DNA from: an uncultured virus (IMG/VR IMGVR_UViG_3300032829_000001)
Taxonomy: Duplodnaviria; Heunggongvirae; Uroviricota; Caudoviricetes
Direction: 5' to 3' (one strand)
IMG/VR virus record: IMGVR_UViG_3300032829_000001
Length of the DNA: 64,000 nucleotides
Shown here: positions 45,664 through 55,300 of the stretch, one piece after another
How the letters are laid out: every line of letters starts with the position of its first letter
Numbering within the stretch: the first letter of the stretch is position 1
Notes under the pieces: model-generated
Database searches by the model: none
What the model saw: only the letters and a program-made list of their open reading frames with translations
What the model was told of the DNA's origin: nothing
Program-made: the position numbers and the translations under genes

Positions 45664-46232
45664 TGGCTGAAGTGTTCACCATATCCGATGCATCCAGCCC
45701 ATTCTCGCCGGAGCACTTTGCGCAGATCGAGCAGCAGAACGCGCAGGTGATCCAGCGGCAGACTGCACGCTCGAAGATCTCCCCCGCCGTGCTGCTGCAG
45801 AACGCGCTCAAGGCACTCGGTGTCTCCCGCGGTGACCCGGCACTAGCGAAGCTCAAGGTCGATGGCATCATCGGCCCCAACACCGTGAAGGCAGCGAACC
45901 TGGCCTTCTCGAAGTACATCGGCGCCCTGCCCTCGCCGCTCGGCATCGACACCGTGCGGAAGCAGGCAGACCAGCTCGCGCAGCAGGTCACCGCCTACGT
46001 CGAGGCGCACGGGGGGACGGTGCCGCAGCCTCCCCCGCCCGCGCGCCGTGTGAAGAACCCCGCAGTGATTCTGCCCCCATCGATCCCGTCCGCGCCCGCG
46101 CAGGCGATCGGAACGACAGACAACAAGTGGATCTGGTACGTCGTGGGCGGCGTGGGCGTTCTGCTCAGCCTCGCAATCGTGGCCAAGATCATTCGTGGTG
46201 GCCGCAAGGCCCCTGAGCCCCCGAAAGCGTAG
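45663..46232 (+). CDS. peptidoglycan-binding-like domain protein with C-terminal TM
   Basis: LQNALKALG...LKVDGIIGPNTVKA; WYVVGGVGVLLSLAIV. Confidence 0.7.
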   Translation: MAEVFTISDASSPFSPEHFAQIEQQNAQVIQRQTARSKISPAVLLQNALKALGVSRGDPALAKLKVDGIIGPNTVKAANLAFSKYIGALPSPLGIDTVRKQADQLAQQVTAYVEAHGGTVPQPPPPARRVKNPAVILPPSIPSAPAQAIGTTDNKWIWYVVGGVGVLLSLAIVAKIIRGGRKAPEPPKA

Positions 46233-46250
46233 CCGATCCAGTGAACACAA

Positions 46251-46514
46251 ATGGCGGAGAGAAAAGATGAGTTTGGCAGCGAAGAGCCCACCAAGCCCGG
46301 CGGACCCCCAACTGTCGAATCCGCCATCCAAAGCTTCACCCTTGCCATTGCTGAACTTGGTGTCGATTGTCGCGAGTCTGCACGCGCTCTCTCACAGTTG
46401 GAAGGCGATGAACGCAGGCGACGACTCGTTGAGCTGGCGGACAAGATGGAAAAGAGCAACCAGCTCATTGGAGACGCTGCAAGGGTTGTCCGAGCCATCG
46501 CCGATCTGAGCTGA
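46251..46514 (+). CDS. hypothetical helical protein
   Basis: ORF fills gap. Confidence 0.55.
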   Translation: MAERKDEFGSEEPTKPGGPPTVESAIQSFTLAIAELGVDCRESARALSQLEGDERRRRLVELADKMEKSNQLIGDAARVVRAIADLS

Positions 46515-46521
46515 GAAGAGC

Positions 46522-47850
46522 ATGGGCAGCGGTACGATGGTCGGATCGTTCGACGGCTGGCTGGGGGCGTCCCCCGGGTCGGGCGCGGGCGGCGGCGGTG
46601 GGGGCGGAACGCTCGCGTCGATCTACGCCTTCGGGCTCGCGGCACCGAATACCGACAACATTTTCGCGCAGCCGGCCGGGAAACGGCTCTTCACCAGCAT
46701 CGTCAGCAATAGCCCTTCGAACAAGGACGCGCCGGAAGAGTGGTACGCGGACCGCACCGCGATCGATCTCGCCGTGCCTCCGGCCGCGAATCTGCGCGTG
46801 AACGTCGCGAACCTCTCCGGCGTGGGTGGCAACGGGTGCGGCACCTTCGACGTCAACGGCCTCAGCGATCCGAGCTGGAACGGGACGTTCAACGCGATCT
46901 CGAACATGGCCTGGCTTGTGGAAGAGGTGATGTTCTCGGCGGTCAATACCAAGCTTCCCCCCTTCACCGGCACCGTCTATGCGCGCCGAGAGTGGCTCCC
47001 CAACGGCGCCTCCCCCTACATCCCCGGCGCCGGGCAGACGAACTCGGCGATGGTCCATCAGATCGAGCTTTACGACAACTTCACCGCGGCCGTTTCGCAG
47101 ACGAGCCGGCTTGACGGCTTCGGCATGACCGAGCAGCGGCTTCGCGCGATCCAGAACGGTGCGAACGCGCAATGGGTTACGCACTGGCTCAACAGTGCGG
47201 GCGTGCCCGCGGCGGGTGACGGACCGACGTGGTGGATCGACAAGGATTCGCGCTTCGCGCACTTCGATCCCGCGGCGGGCCTGCAAGCCTACCAGGAGGG
47301 TGCAGATCAGGTCGCCAGCGCGTGGGGCTGGCGCATGTGGGCCTACGACGGCGCGGGCCACCTGAACGTCGTCCTCGACGTCGACAACACGCGGGGCCTT
47401 CTAAACAGCATCCCGTTCCCGACCACCTGCTCGTTCATCTCCGACGAATTCGACATGACGGTGCCTGGGGTCTACGGGTTTTCGTCGATGCCCTCCCTCC
47501 CCGGCTACACGCTCTCTCAGGTGTCGGCGCGCATCGTGTTCGACAACCTCGCGGCCACCACCTTCGCGACGGGCCCGACCCTTAGCGTCGGCAACAACGT
47601 CACCCATGACAACATCCTCACCTCCGCCGTCCAGCCCACCGCCGCGACCATCAACATCTACGTCGCGCTCGGGCCCGGCGGTACCTATCCGGGCGGAAAT
47701 CTCGCGACGCAGTCGACGGGGAAATTTCCTGACCTCACCACCGTGCCGTCGGTGAGCGTGACCGTCGGGGCGACCGGCACCGCCATCACTCAGGCGAAGG
47801 CGCGGATCATTCTGACCGGGCTCCTCTCGAAAGTGCTTCCATTCCACTAG
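46522..47850 (+). CDS. putative virion spike protein with FDGWLG N-terminus
   Basis: MGSGTMVGSFDGWLGAS matches N-terminus of 42636; beta-rich. Confidence 0.7.
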   Translation: MGSGTMVGSFDGWLGASPGSGAGGGGGGGTLASIYAFGLAAPNTDNIFAQPAGKRLFTSIVSNSPSNKDAPEEWYADRTAIDLAVPPAANLRVNVANLSGVGGNGCGTFDVNGLSDPSWNGTFNAISNMAWLVEEVMFSAVNTKLPPFTGTVYARREWLPNGASPYIPGAGQTNSAMVHQIELYDNFTAAVSQTSRLDGFGMTEQRLRAIQNGANAQWVTHWLNSAGVPAAGDGPTWWIDKDSRFAHFDPAAGLQAYQEGADQVASAWGWRMWAYDGAGHLNVVLDVDNTRGLLNSIPFPTTCSFISDEFDMTVPGVYGFSSMPSLPGYTLSQVSARIVFDNLAATTFATGPTLSVGNNVTHDNILTSAVQPTAATINIYVALGPGGTYPGGNLATQSTGKFPDLTTVPSVSVTVGATGTAITQAKARIILTGLLSKVLPFH

Positions 47851-47891
47851 GCGGTGACCGTGAACCCCATCAGCCCAAACGAGATCAAGCT

Positions 47892-48230
47892 GTGACCTCC
47901 ACCGCACAGACCGACAGGCCACTGCCACAGAAGCTGACAGACGTGCAGATCGATCTGCTCGTGAAGCAGGCCGAACAGCGCGAGTCCATCTCGATCGATC
48001 AGGAAGACGCCCAGATCGACATCGGGCTTCTCAAGCGCAGTAAAGCAAGCCACGAGGAAAGAGCGCTTCGAATTCGCCAACGTGGCGAGGTGGCTCGCCT
48101 GGAGATGATCACACAGAACCAGATGATTGCCCTCGGTGAGGAAGCCGAGAGTCGTCGTCGAGCGCTCCTCTCGCGACACGCTGCTGAGAAGGAGGAACTC
48201 GCGGTAGGTCAGAAGTCGACCAAGCCGTAG
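47892..48230 (+). CDS. coiled-coil protein
   Basis: heptad-like charged helical sequence after spike gene. Confidence 0.55.
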   Translation: MTSTAQTDRPLPQKLTDVQIDLLVKQAEQRESISIDQEDAQIDIGLLKRSKASHEERALRIRQRGEVARLEMITQNQMIALGEEAESRRRALLSRHAAEKEELAVGQKSTKP

Positions 48231-48233
48231 CGG

Positions 48234-48803
48234 CTACGCGGCGTCGAAGAAGAACATCCAGAACAGCCGAGCGTTCGAAAGCTCGGTGCCGAAGTAGCAG
48301 CTCGGAGCGTGGTTGAGGCGCCCGTTGAACAGGACGAGACGGTTGTACACGTTCCCGATCTTGTCGACCGTCTCCCACTTCGTCGAGTCGAACAGGTTGC
48401 CGCCGTAGGTCGCGCCGGAGTTCTGGTCGCGCGCCGAGTCGCGCGCGCCGGTGATGCGGCTGCGAACGAGCGATAGCCCAGACTCGGCTGGCGCATCCGG
48501 CGTGAGGAAGATGATGCCTGCGTGAGACTGCTCATCGGCGTGGTAGACGAGGGGGTCCTCGGCCGTGCAAAACTGGAAGCGCCCGTTGATCGGGTAGTGG
48601 TCCCATGGCTGGGCGAGCTTGCGGCCGAGCAGGCGCTCGAATACGGCGTAGTCGATCAGGTGACGGAACGTATCGATCGAGCGCTTGCCAGCGGAGCCCA
48701 TCTTCTCGTACGTCTGCCGGAGCGCAAGCGCCCGAGTGGCGTCCGGGTCGGGCAAGAAGTCATCGACGATGACGACCTCGGGCAGCTTCCAGTGCGCGCT
48801 CAC
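48234..48803 (-). CDS. DUF6445-like (2OG-Fe(II) oxygenase-related) protein
   Basis: IVDDFLPDPD..R..AL, YHAD, AGIIFLTPDAP, NVYNRLVLF...H, RL..MFFFD. Confidence 0.75.
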   Translation of the reverse strand: MSAHWKLPEVVIVDDFLPDPDATRALALRQTYEKMGSAGKRSIDTFRHLIDYAVFERLLGRKLAQPWDHYPINGRFQFCTAEDPLVYHADEQSHAGIIFLTPDAPAESGLSLVRSRITGARDSARDQNSGATYGGNLFDSTKWETVDKIGNVYNRLVLFNGRLNHAPSCYFGTELSNARLFWMFFFDAA

Positions 48804-50788
48804 AGCTTCACCAGATCCGCGCGGACGTAGGGAACCGTCACGCCCTGGATGTTGATCATGATGGTGTCGAGATGGACTTCGGCGAAGCGCATCGTGGTGT
48901 TGCGAATGTACCGCGCCGAGGCGTCACGGGTGTAGTACCAAAACGACATAGGGTTCCAGTACGAGACGTGCGTTGGATCGGCGTGCGCACCCCACCCTTC
49001 TGAGCTGGGCGTCATCGAGATGAGCCAGCCGCCCGGTCGCAGGCAGCGGTGAATCTCGCTCATTGTGTGCATCTTGTCGGGCAGGTGTTCGAGGAGATCG
49101 CTCGCACGGAACGCTCCGACCGAGCCGTCCTCGAACGGCCAGCGCTCGCGGAGATCTGCGATGACGGGCGCGTCCTGTAGGTCGCACGGGATCCACCCGG
49201 CGCGGGGATCGATCCCGCCGCCCAGCTCGATCGCCGGCACCCCGAGCAGTGCACATTCTCGCAGCACCAGGCGCTCCAGATAGTCGTCCTGGATGCGGTC
49301 GCTCGTCGTCTTGATCTCGGCGATGTTCTGCGCCCACGTGTTCTCGCCAGTGATCCGGTAGAGGTAGAGCGGCTTCTCGATGTGATGAAACTTGGTCGCC
49401 AGATACGTGCGGCAGACCAGCTCGTGGTCGTCTGCGATGCGGAAGCCCGGGTCGTGTCCACCGATGGCCTGATAGACGCTGCGCCGCCACGCGCGCACAT
49501 GGTTGGGTGCGGTGTGGATGTGCGAGACCTTGCGGGCCGAGGGCTCGGGAGAGTGCACGCACTCGTACTTGCCGGGCCGAACACGCGCGAGCACGTTGGC
49601 GTCGTAGAAGCTGAAGCCGCTCTGCAGCCAGCCGGCGCGGACCTCGGGGTGCCGATAGGTCAGGTTGCCCTGGATCGGCTTCCCCCTCGGGTCGACCGCA
49701 CCGTCGTGAAAGTCAGCGAAGTCAGAGTAGACGAAGCCGATGGTCGGGTCGGAGAACGCCTTGGCGATCTCGTCGAGCGCGTCGGGCGTCAGGAGATCGT
49801 CGTGGTCATACTCGATGACGGCGTCGCCGATCGCCTCCCCGAACGCGAACGCCTTCCGCTGACCTACGTGCGAGAATGGTGCGTGGTCGAGCAGAATCCG
49901 CACGCGGGGGTCTTCGCCGACGATCGCGCGGACCTCGTCCGCGAGCTTGTGCAGCGCCTCGCGCTTGCCCCTGGCGTCGTTGACCGAGACGAGCCACTCG
50001 AAGTTCGTGTACGTCTGGCTCTTGAGCGACGCCCAGCAGTCTGCGAGCCACTTCACGTTGTGCGTCGGCGTGACCACGGAGAGGAGCGGGTTCGTGGAGA
50101 CGGCGGTGGGCGGCGCAGGCGTGTCGACGGCAGGTGCGGGCTTCGCCGGGTCAGGCGTCGGGGTCCACGTGTGAAAGGCGGTCTTGTAAACGCTGCCGGG
50201 AATCACTCCGGGCTGAACATCGTGCTTCCACAGCACGTAGGGGAGGCTGAGCTGATCCTGGTACGACCACTTCTTGCACTCCTCCCACCAGTCGGCCTCG
50301 AATATGCCGCGCTTCAGGCTGTGCCGCCGAGCGATCACCCCGCCTGCCCACAGCCCCGAGTCCTGTGGCAGCCCCTCCTCGCGGTACGACTCGACCTGCG
50401 CGAGCAGGGGCAGCCCGGCGTACTTGTTCGGCATCTGCAGTGAGGCGATGGCCTCGTCGAAGATGTTGGTGCGCTCGGGGTGCTTAAAGAAGGCGACGTC
50501 GTGGTCTCGAAGGGCCGCCTTGCAGACGCGCACCATCTCGTGAACGTCGGTGACGGTGATGGACGCGTCGATCCAGATCGAGATGTCCCCGGTCGCCGTG
50601 CCAGGCGGAAACAGCTTCCACCACTTCGCGGCCATTCTGGGGTTGTCATGCTTCGGCGGAGCCTCGTGAATCTCCCACGTCTTCGACTCGATCTTCCGGT
50701 CGGTGTAGCAGCGGAACTCGAAGCCTTTCGTATCGAACTCCGGCAGGACGATGTGGTCGCCGTACACGGCCGTGTAGAAGTAGAGCAT
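48800..50788 (-). CDS. three-domain enzyme: DUF616-like GT + GT2 + SAM-methyltransferase-like
   Basis: YTAVYG, WIDAS, F.HP.R..I..E, QDQLSLPY; SVVTPTHN, DHDD, ADDHEL; LLEHL..EIHRCLRPGG, DPTH. Confidence 0.85.
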   Translation of the reverse strand: MLYFYTAVYGDHIVLPEFDTKGFEFRCYTDRKIESKTWEIHEAPPKHDNPRMAAKWWKLFPPGTATGDISIWIDASITVTDVHEMVRVCKAALRDHDVAFFKHPERTNIFDEAIASLQMPNKYAGLPLLAQVESYREEGLPQDSGLWAGGVIARRHSLKRGIFEADWWEECKKWSYQDQLSLPYVLWKHDVQPGVIPGSVYKTAFHTWTPTPDPAKPAPAVDTPAPPTAVSTNPLLSVVTPTHNVKWLADCWASLKSQTYTNFEWLVSVNDARGKREALHKLADEVRAIVGEDPRVRILLDHAPFSHVGQRKAFAFGEAIGDAVIEYDHDDLLTPDALDEIAKAFSDPTIGFVYSDFADFHDGAVDPRGKPIQGNLTYRHPEVRAGWLQSGFSFYDANVLARVRPGKYECVHSPEPSARKVSHIHTAPNHVRAWRRSVYQAIGGHDPGFRIADDHELVCRTYLATKFHHIEKPLYLYRITGENTWAQNIAEIKTTSDRIQDDYLERLVLRECALLGVPAIELGGGIDPRAGWIPCDLQDAPVIADLRERWPFEDGSVGAFRASDLLEHLPDKMHTMSEIHRCLRPGGWLISMTPSSEGWGAHADPTHVSYWNPMSFWYYTRDASARYIRNTTMRFAEVHLDTIMINIQGVTVPYVRADLVKL

Positions 50789-50827
50789 GTTGGGAACATA
50801 GCACAGGTTGGGAACGTAGCATCGTGC

Positions 50828-50857
50828 TTGACTTCGACACCGTGCAGCCCGGATCAT
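50828..50857 (+). promoter_or_regulatory. sigma70-type promoter
   Basis: TTGACT-18-GATCAT, ATG 7 nt later. Confidence 0.5.
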
Positions 50858-50864
50858 CCCGACA

Positions 50865-52163
50865 ATGGAAAACCTGCACGACGAAGCCTTCTTCGAGTTC
50901 ATGCGCACGTGCCGTGATCCCTATCGGCGGCTCGCTGACTGCATCCATGCTGTCGTCGGGGTCCAGACGAGCGCCGTCGACATCGGGTGTGGGATCGGGC
51001 TGCAGACGAAGCGGTTGCTGGAGCACGGCTGGGCGATCAGCGGCCTCGACGATGCCCCCGCCGCGGTCGAGATGCGCGAGGCTGGCGTGGACGTCACGCG
51101 GTTCGATCTGACTGTGCCTGCCACTGCCGAGCGTCGCGTCGACACCGTGATCTGCACAGAAACGGCCGAGCACGTGCCTATCGAACACGCCGATCAGGTC
51201 GTGGCTAACGTCGCCGGGCTCGCCACGAAGTTCATCGTATGGTCGGCCGCGGCGCCGGGGCAGGACTGGCCTGGCCACGTGAACCTGCAGGCCCCCGCCT
51301 ACTGGCTCGAACGCTTCGCGCGCCTCGGCTGGGTTCCGGCTCGGGCGAAGACGAACCGGCTGCGCGACCTGATGCTGGCCACCAACGCCCAGCACGTGCT
51401 CGGTCGTCAGAACTTCTTCGTGTTGGTGCCGAAGCCGTCGCTGCACATGACGGTCGTCTCGACCGCGCTGAACAAGGAGCGGTGGGTCCAGCGGTGCATC
51501 GAGAGCGTGCGCCAGCAGACGTTCAAGGCCCGCAACCACATCTTCATCGACGCGGCCAGCGACGACGAGACCGCGCGCGAGGCCAAGCACTTCCCCTACC
51601 CGCAGCTCACCGTGCAGGTGAATCCGACGCGGAAGGCCGCGCTGCAGAACGCGGTCGAGACCTGGAACGAGCTGCCCGACGACGAGATCGTGGTGTGGCT
51701 CGACGGAGACGACTGGCTCGCGCACGACCGCGCGCTCGAAGTCGTGGCCGAGGCGTACACCGACCCGGACGTGTGGCTCACCTACGGCCAGTTCATGATG
51801 CCGGACGGCACGATCGGCTTTGCCTCGCGCTACCCGGCGGGCGGGAACGTTCGGCAGATCGACTGGCGTGCGACGCACCTCAAGACGTTCCGTGCAGGGC
51901 TCGCAAAGAAGATCAGACCCGCCGACCTATTGAAGCCCGATGGGACGTGGTGCGACCTCGCGATCGACCACGCCGTGATGTATCCGCTGCTGGAGATGGC
52001 GGGTGAGCGCTACGCCTGCATCGACAAGATCGTGTGCGTCTACAACTTCGAGGCATCGTGGTGGGCGAACCAGGACACCGCCGCGCGTGCCGTGGAGCGC
52101 GCCGAGGACGACCGGTTTCGGGCGATGCCCTCGTACGAGCGCCTCCTGACGCGTCCGTGGTGA
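50865..52163 (+). CDS. SAM-dependent methyltransferase fused to GT2 glycosyltransferase
   Basis: VDIGCGIG, ETAEH, GHVN; IDAASDD, LDGDDWL, HLKTFR. Confidence 0.85.
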   Translation: MENLHDEAFFEFMRTCRDPYRRLADCIHAVVGVQTSAVDIGCGIGLQTKRLLEHGWAISGLDDAPAAVEMREAGVDVTRFDLTVPATAERRVDTVICTETAEHVPIEHADQVVANVAGLATKFIVWSAAAPGQDWPGHVNLQAPAYWLERFARLGWVPARAKTNRLRDLMLATNAQHVLGRQNFFVLVPKPSLHMTVVSTALNKERWVQRCIESVRQQTFKARNHIFIDAASDDETAREAKHFPYPQLTVQVNPTRKAALQNAVETWNELPDDEIVVWLDGDDWLAHDRALEVVAEAYTDPDVWLTYGQFMMPDGTIGFASRYPAGGNVRQIDWRATHLKTFRAGLAKKIRPADLLKPDGTWCDLAIDHAVMYPLLEMAGERYACIDKIVCVYNFEASWWANQDTAARAVERAEDDRFRAMPSYERLLTRPW

Positions 52164-52164
52164 T

Positions 52165-52193
52165 TTGACAGGCCCGAGGCGGTCCACGATCAT
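52165..52193 (+). promoter_or_regulatory. sigma70-type promoter
   Basis: TTGACA-17-GATCAT. Confidence 0.55.
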
Positions 52194-52319
52194 AGCGGCT
52201 ACATAGGGCCTCTATCCTGAGGCTCACCCCTGTGACGACTCGAAGAACGGGCGTCCATTCGAGAAGAAGTGGTTTTTCTTCCCGAGCGGATGCCCGTTTG
52301 CCGTTTTTCAAGGAGCTGC

Positions 52320-55300
52320 ATGGCGTCTTCTGGTGTAGTGACTGCAAGCCCACTGATCAACGGAACAGGCACGCCGCTGCTGCAGGGTGAGCTGGTTCGC
52401 ATTTCAGCGCCGAACACGCTGGCGCGCGCTCAGGCCGACTCTGACGCCCATCTTCTTGGGTACATCGGCGTCGTGTACTCGGGGAAGTGCAACCCGAACG
52501 GCGCCGTGCAGGTGTGGAACGTCGGGACGCCTCCGAAGGTGCTGCTGGAGCCCGGCCTGACGCCACACGCCGGTGAGACGTTGTGGATCTCGGCGACGAT
52601 GGCCGGGCGCGCGACGAACGTCGAGCCGGTTGGGCCGCCAGCCAGCCCCAGCATCGGCACGATCATCGATGCGACAAGGTACAGCAAAGACTTCTCGTGC
52701 GTCGTCGTGTTCGCGTCGGGCGGCACTGGCGCGCAGGGCCCGTCGGGCGGCGCACAGGGAGCCCAGGGAGCTACCGGTGCAACGGGAGCGACGGGCGCGA
52801 CAGGGGCCACGGGAGCCACCGGTGCGACAGGCGCAACGGGCGCAGCGGGCGGGCCAGGTCCACAGGGTTCGCCGGGACCGGCGGGAACGCCGGGCGCACA
52901 GGGAGCGCAGGGCGCGCCGGGTGGGCCGCAGGGATTCCAGGGGCCGCAGGGCGCACCGGGTGGGAACCAGGGCTTTCAGGGCGCGAACGGTGCACAGGGT
53001 GCGCAAGGCGCACAGGGTTCGGGATTCCAGGGCGCCACCGGCGCCACCGGATCGCCCGGCGCCACGGGGGCGACTGGCGCACCGGGTGCTGCCGGCGCTA
53101 CTGGTGCGAGCGGCGCGACAGGTGCGACAGGTGCGTCGGGCCCGGCCGGGCCACAGGGCGCCACCGGCGCGAACGGTTCGAACGGCGCAACAGGTGCGCA
53201 GGGAGCGCAAGGATTTCAGGGTGCGAAGGGTGCGCAGGGGTTTCAAGGTTCGGGCTTTCAGGGCGCTCAAGGGGCGCCGGGCGGCCCGCAGGGGTTTCAG
53301 GGGCCTCAAGGATCGCCCGGCGGCGCCCAGGGGTTTCAGGGCGCGAGCGGACAGATCGGTCCGCAAGGGTTTCAGGGTGCCGCGGGCACGAGCGGGACAC
53401 AGGGGGCGACGGGCGCTCAGGGCGCGACGGGTGCTGCTGGTGCGCCCGGCGCGACGGGGGCCACGGGCGCGACAGGTGCACCAGGGGCCACGGGTGCAAC
53501 CGGCGCCACCGGCGCGACGGGGGCCACGGGTGGAACGGGACCGGCCGGCGCTCAGGGCGCGCAGGGTGCGACAGGTGCACAGGGCTTCCAGGGTTCGGGC
53601 TTTCAGGGCGCTCAAGGGGCGCCAGGTGGGCCGCAAGGGTTCCAAGGTCCACAGGGATCGCCGGGCGGGTCGCAGGGGTTCCAAGGTGCAAATGGTGCGC
53701 AGGGCGCGACCGGTGCTGCCGGCGCGACGGGACCACAGGGTGCTCAAGGCGCGACCGGCACGGCAGGTGCGCAGGGCGCAACCGGCGCCACCGGCGCGAC
53801 AGGCGCCACAGGTGCGACAGGCGGAACAGGCGCGTCAGGCGCAACGGGTGCGCAGGGGGCTCAGGGCGCAAGCGGCGCGCAGGGAGTGACGGGCGCTCAG
53901 GGCGCAAGCGGTGCGACGGGCACGCAAGGTTTTCAGGGCAGCGCGGGCGCACAGGGTGGCCTCGGCGCTCAAGGCGCAACCGGTGCGACTGGCGCGCAAG
54001 GCTTTCAGGGTGCCGGCTTTCAAGGAGCGCAGGGCGCGCCGGGCGGCCCGCAGGGGTTCCAGGGTCCGCAGGGGTCACCGGGTGGCGCGCAGGGGTTTCA
54101 AGGTGCGCAAGGTCTTCAGGGCGCGCAAGGCGCCGGCTTTCAGGGCGCCGCCGGTCCGCAGGGCGCGCAAGGTGCTGGCCAGTTGGGGGCGCAGGGCGCA
54201 CAGGGTGCACGTGGCGCGCAAGGGTTTCAGGGGGCGCAGGGCGCCGGTGCGCAGGGCGCGCAGGGCTCTGCCGGTCCGCAGGGCGCTGCAGGCGCGCCGG
54301 GGGCGGCGGGAGCGACGGGTGCACCGGGCGCCACCGGCGCAACGGGAGCGACCGGGGCCACTGGCGCCACAGGGGCCACGGGCGCGAGCGGCGCGACAGG
54401 TGCGCAGGGAGCCACCGGAGCGCAGGGTGCCACCGGCGCCCAGGGGTTCCAAGGCTCTGGGTTCCAGGGAGCGCAGGGCGCGCCGGGCGGACCGCAGGGG
54501 TTCCAGGGGCCGCAGGGCGCTGCAGGCGGCAGCCAGGGGTTCCAGGGCGCACAGGGCGCGACGGGAGTAACCGGAGCGCAGGGTGCGACAGGGGCAACCG
54601 GACCGGTCGGACCCACGGGAGCGACGGGCGCGACAGGGGCCACGGGAGCCACCGGTGCGACGGGAGCCGCTGGAGCGACGGGCGCGACAGGTGCCACTGG
54701 TGCAACAGGCGCGATGGGGCTCCAGGGTGCACAGGGGGCGAATGGCGGCGGCGTCTCGTCCGTCACCACAGCGACGTTCGGGCTCCAGGCCGTGCCGACG
54801 ACCGGCGATGTCGTGCTGTCGTTCGGGAACTTCCTGCGCGTGCCGGGCGAGCTGCAGGTGCAAGGCGAGCTGGAAGTCGACACGGGCACCCTGCTCACGT
54901 ACCCGCCGCCTCCGGCGCCGCCGCCCATCGCGGCCGTGTCGAGCGCCGGTACGTCCACCGAGGTCGCGCGCGCTGATCACACGCACGGCCCGCAGTTCTC
55001 GGCGTTCGCCGTTCCGGGCAGCGTCGTCTATGCCGCCACCGATCCGTCGGGTGGCAATGACGCCACGGCCGTGTTCAGCACGACGGTCGGCGTGGCCACG
55101 GCGGCACCATTCAGGACTCTCACCGGGCTTCTCGCGGCGATGCCGCGCTCGGGAAACATGTGCGCGTTCGTCTGCCTGATGAAACCGGGCAACTACTACA
55201 AGCCGCTCACGCTCACGCTGGACAACCTCGACGTCGTCGGGTTCAACAACTACCAGTCGATGCTCTTCCGCGGGTCCGACCTCACGAACTCGGCGGCGGA

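Noticed and set aside
36960..54740. CRISPR array or DGR repeats in the highly repetitive regions
   Set aside because: The repeats are 9-nt-period collagen codons inside ORFs with no unique spacers; no cas operon or reverse transcriptase is present.
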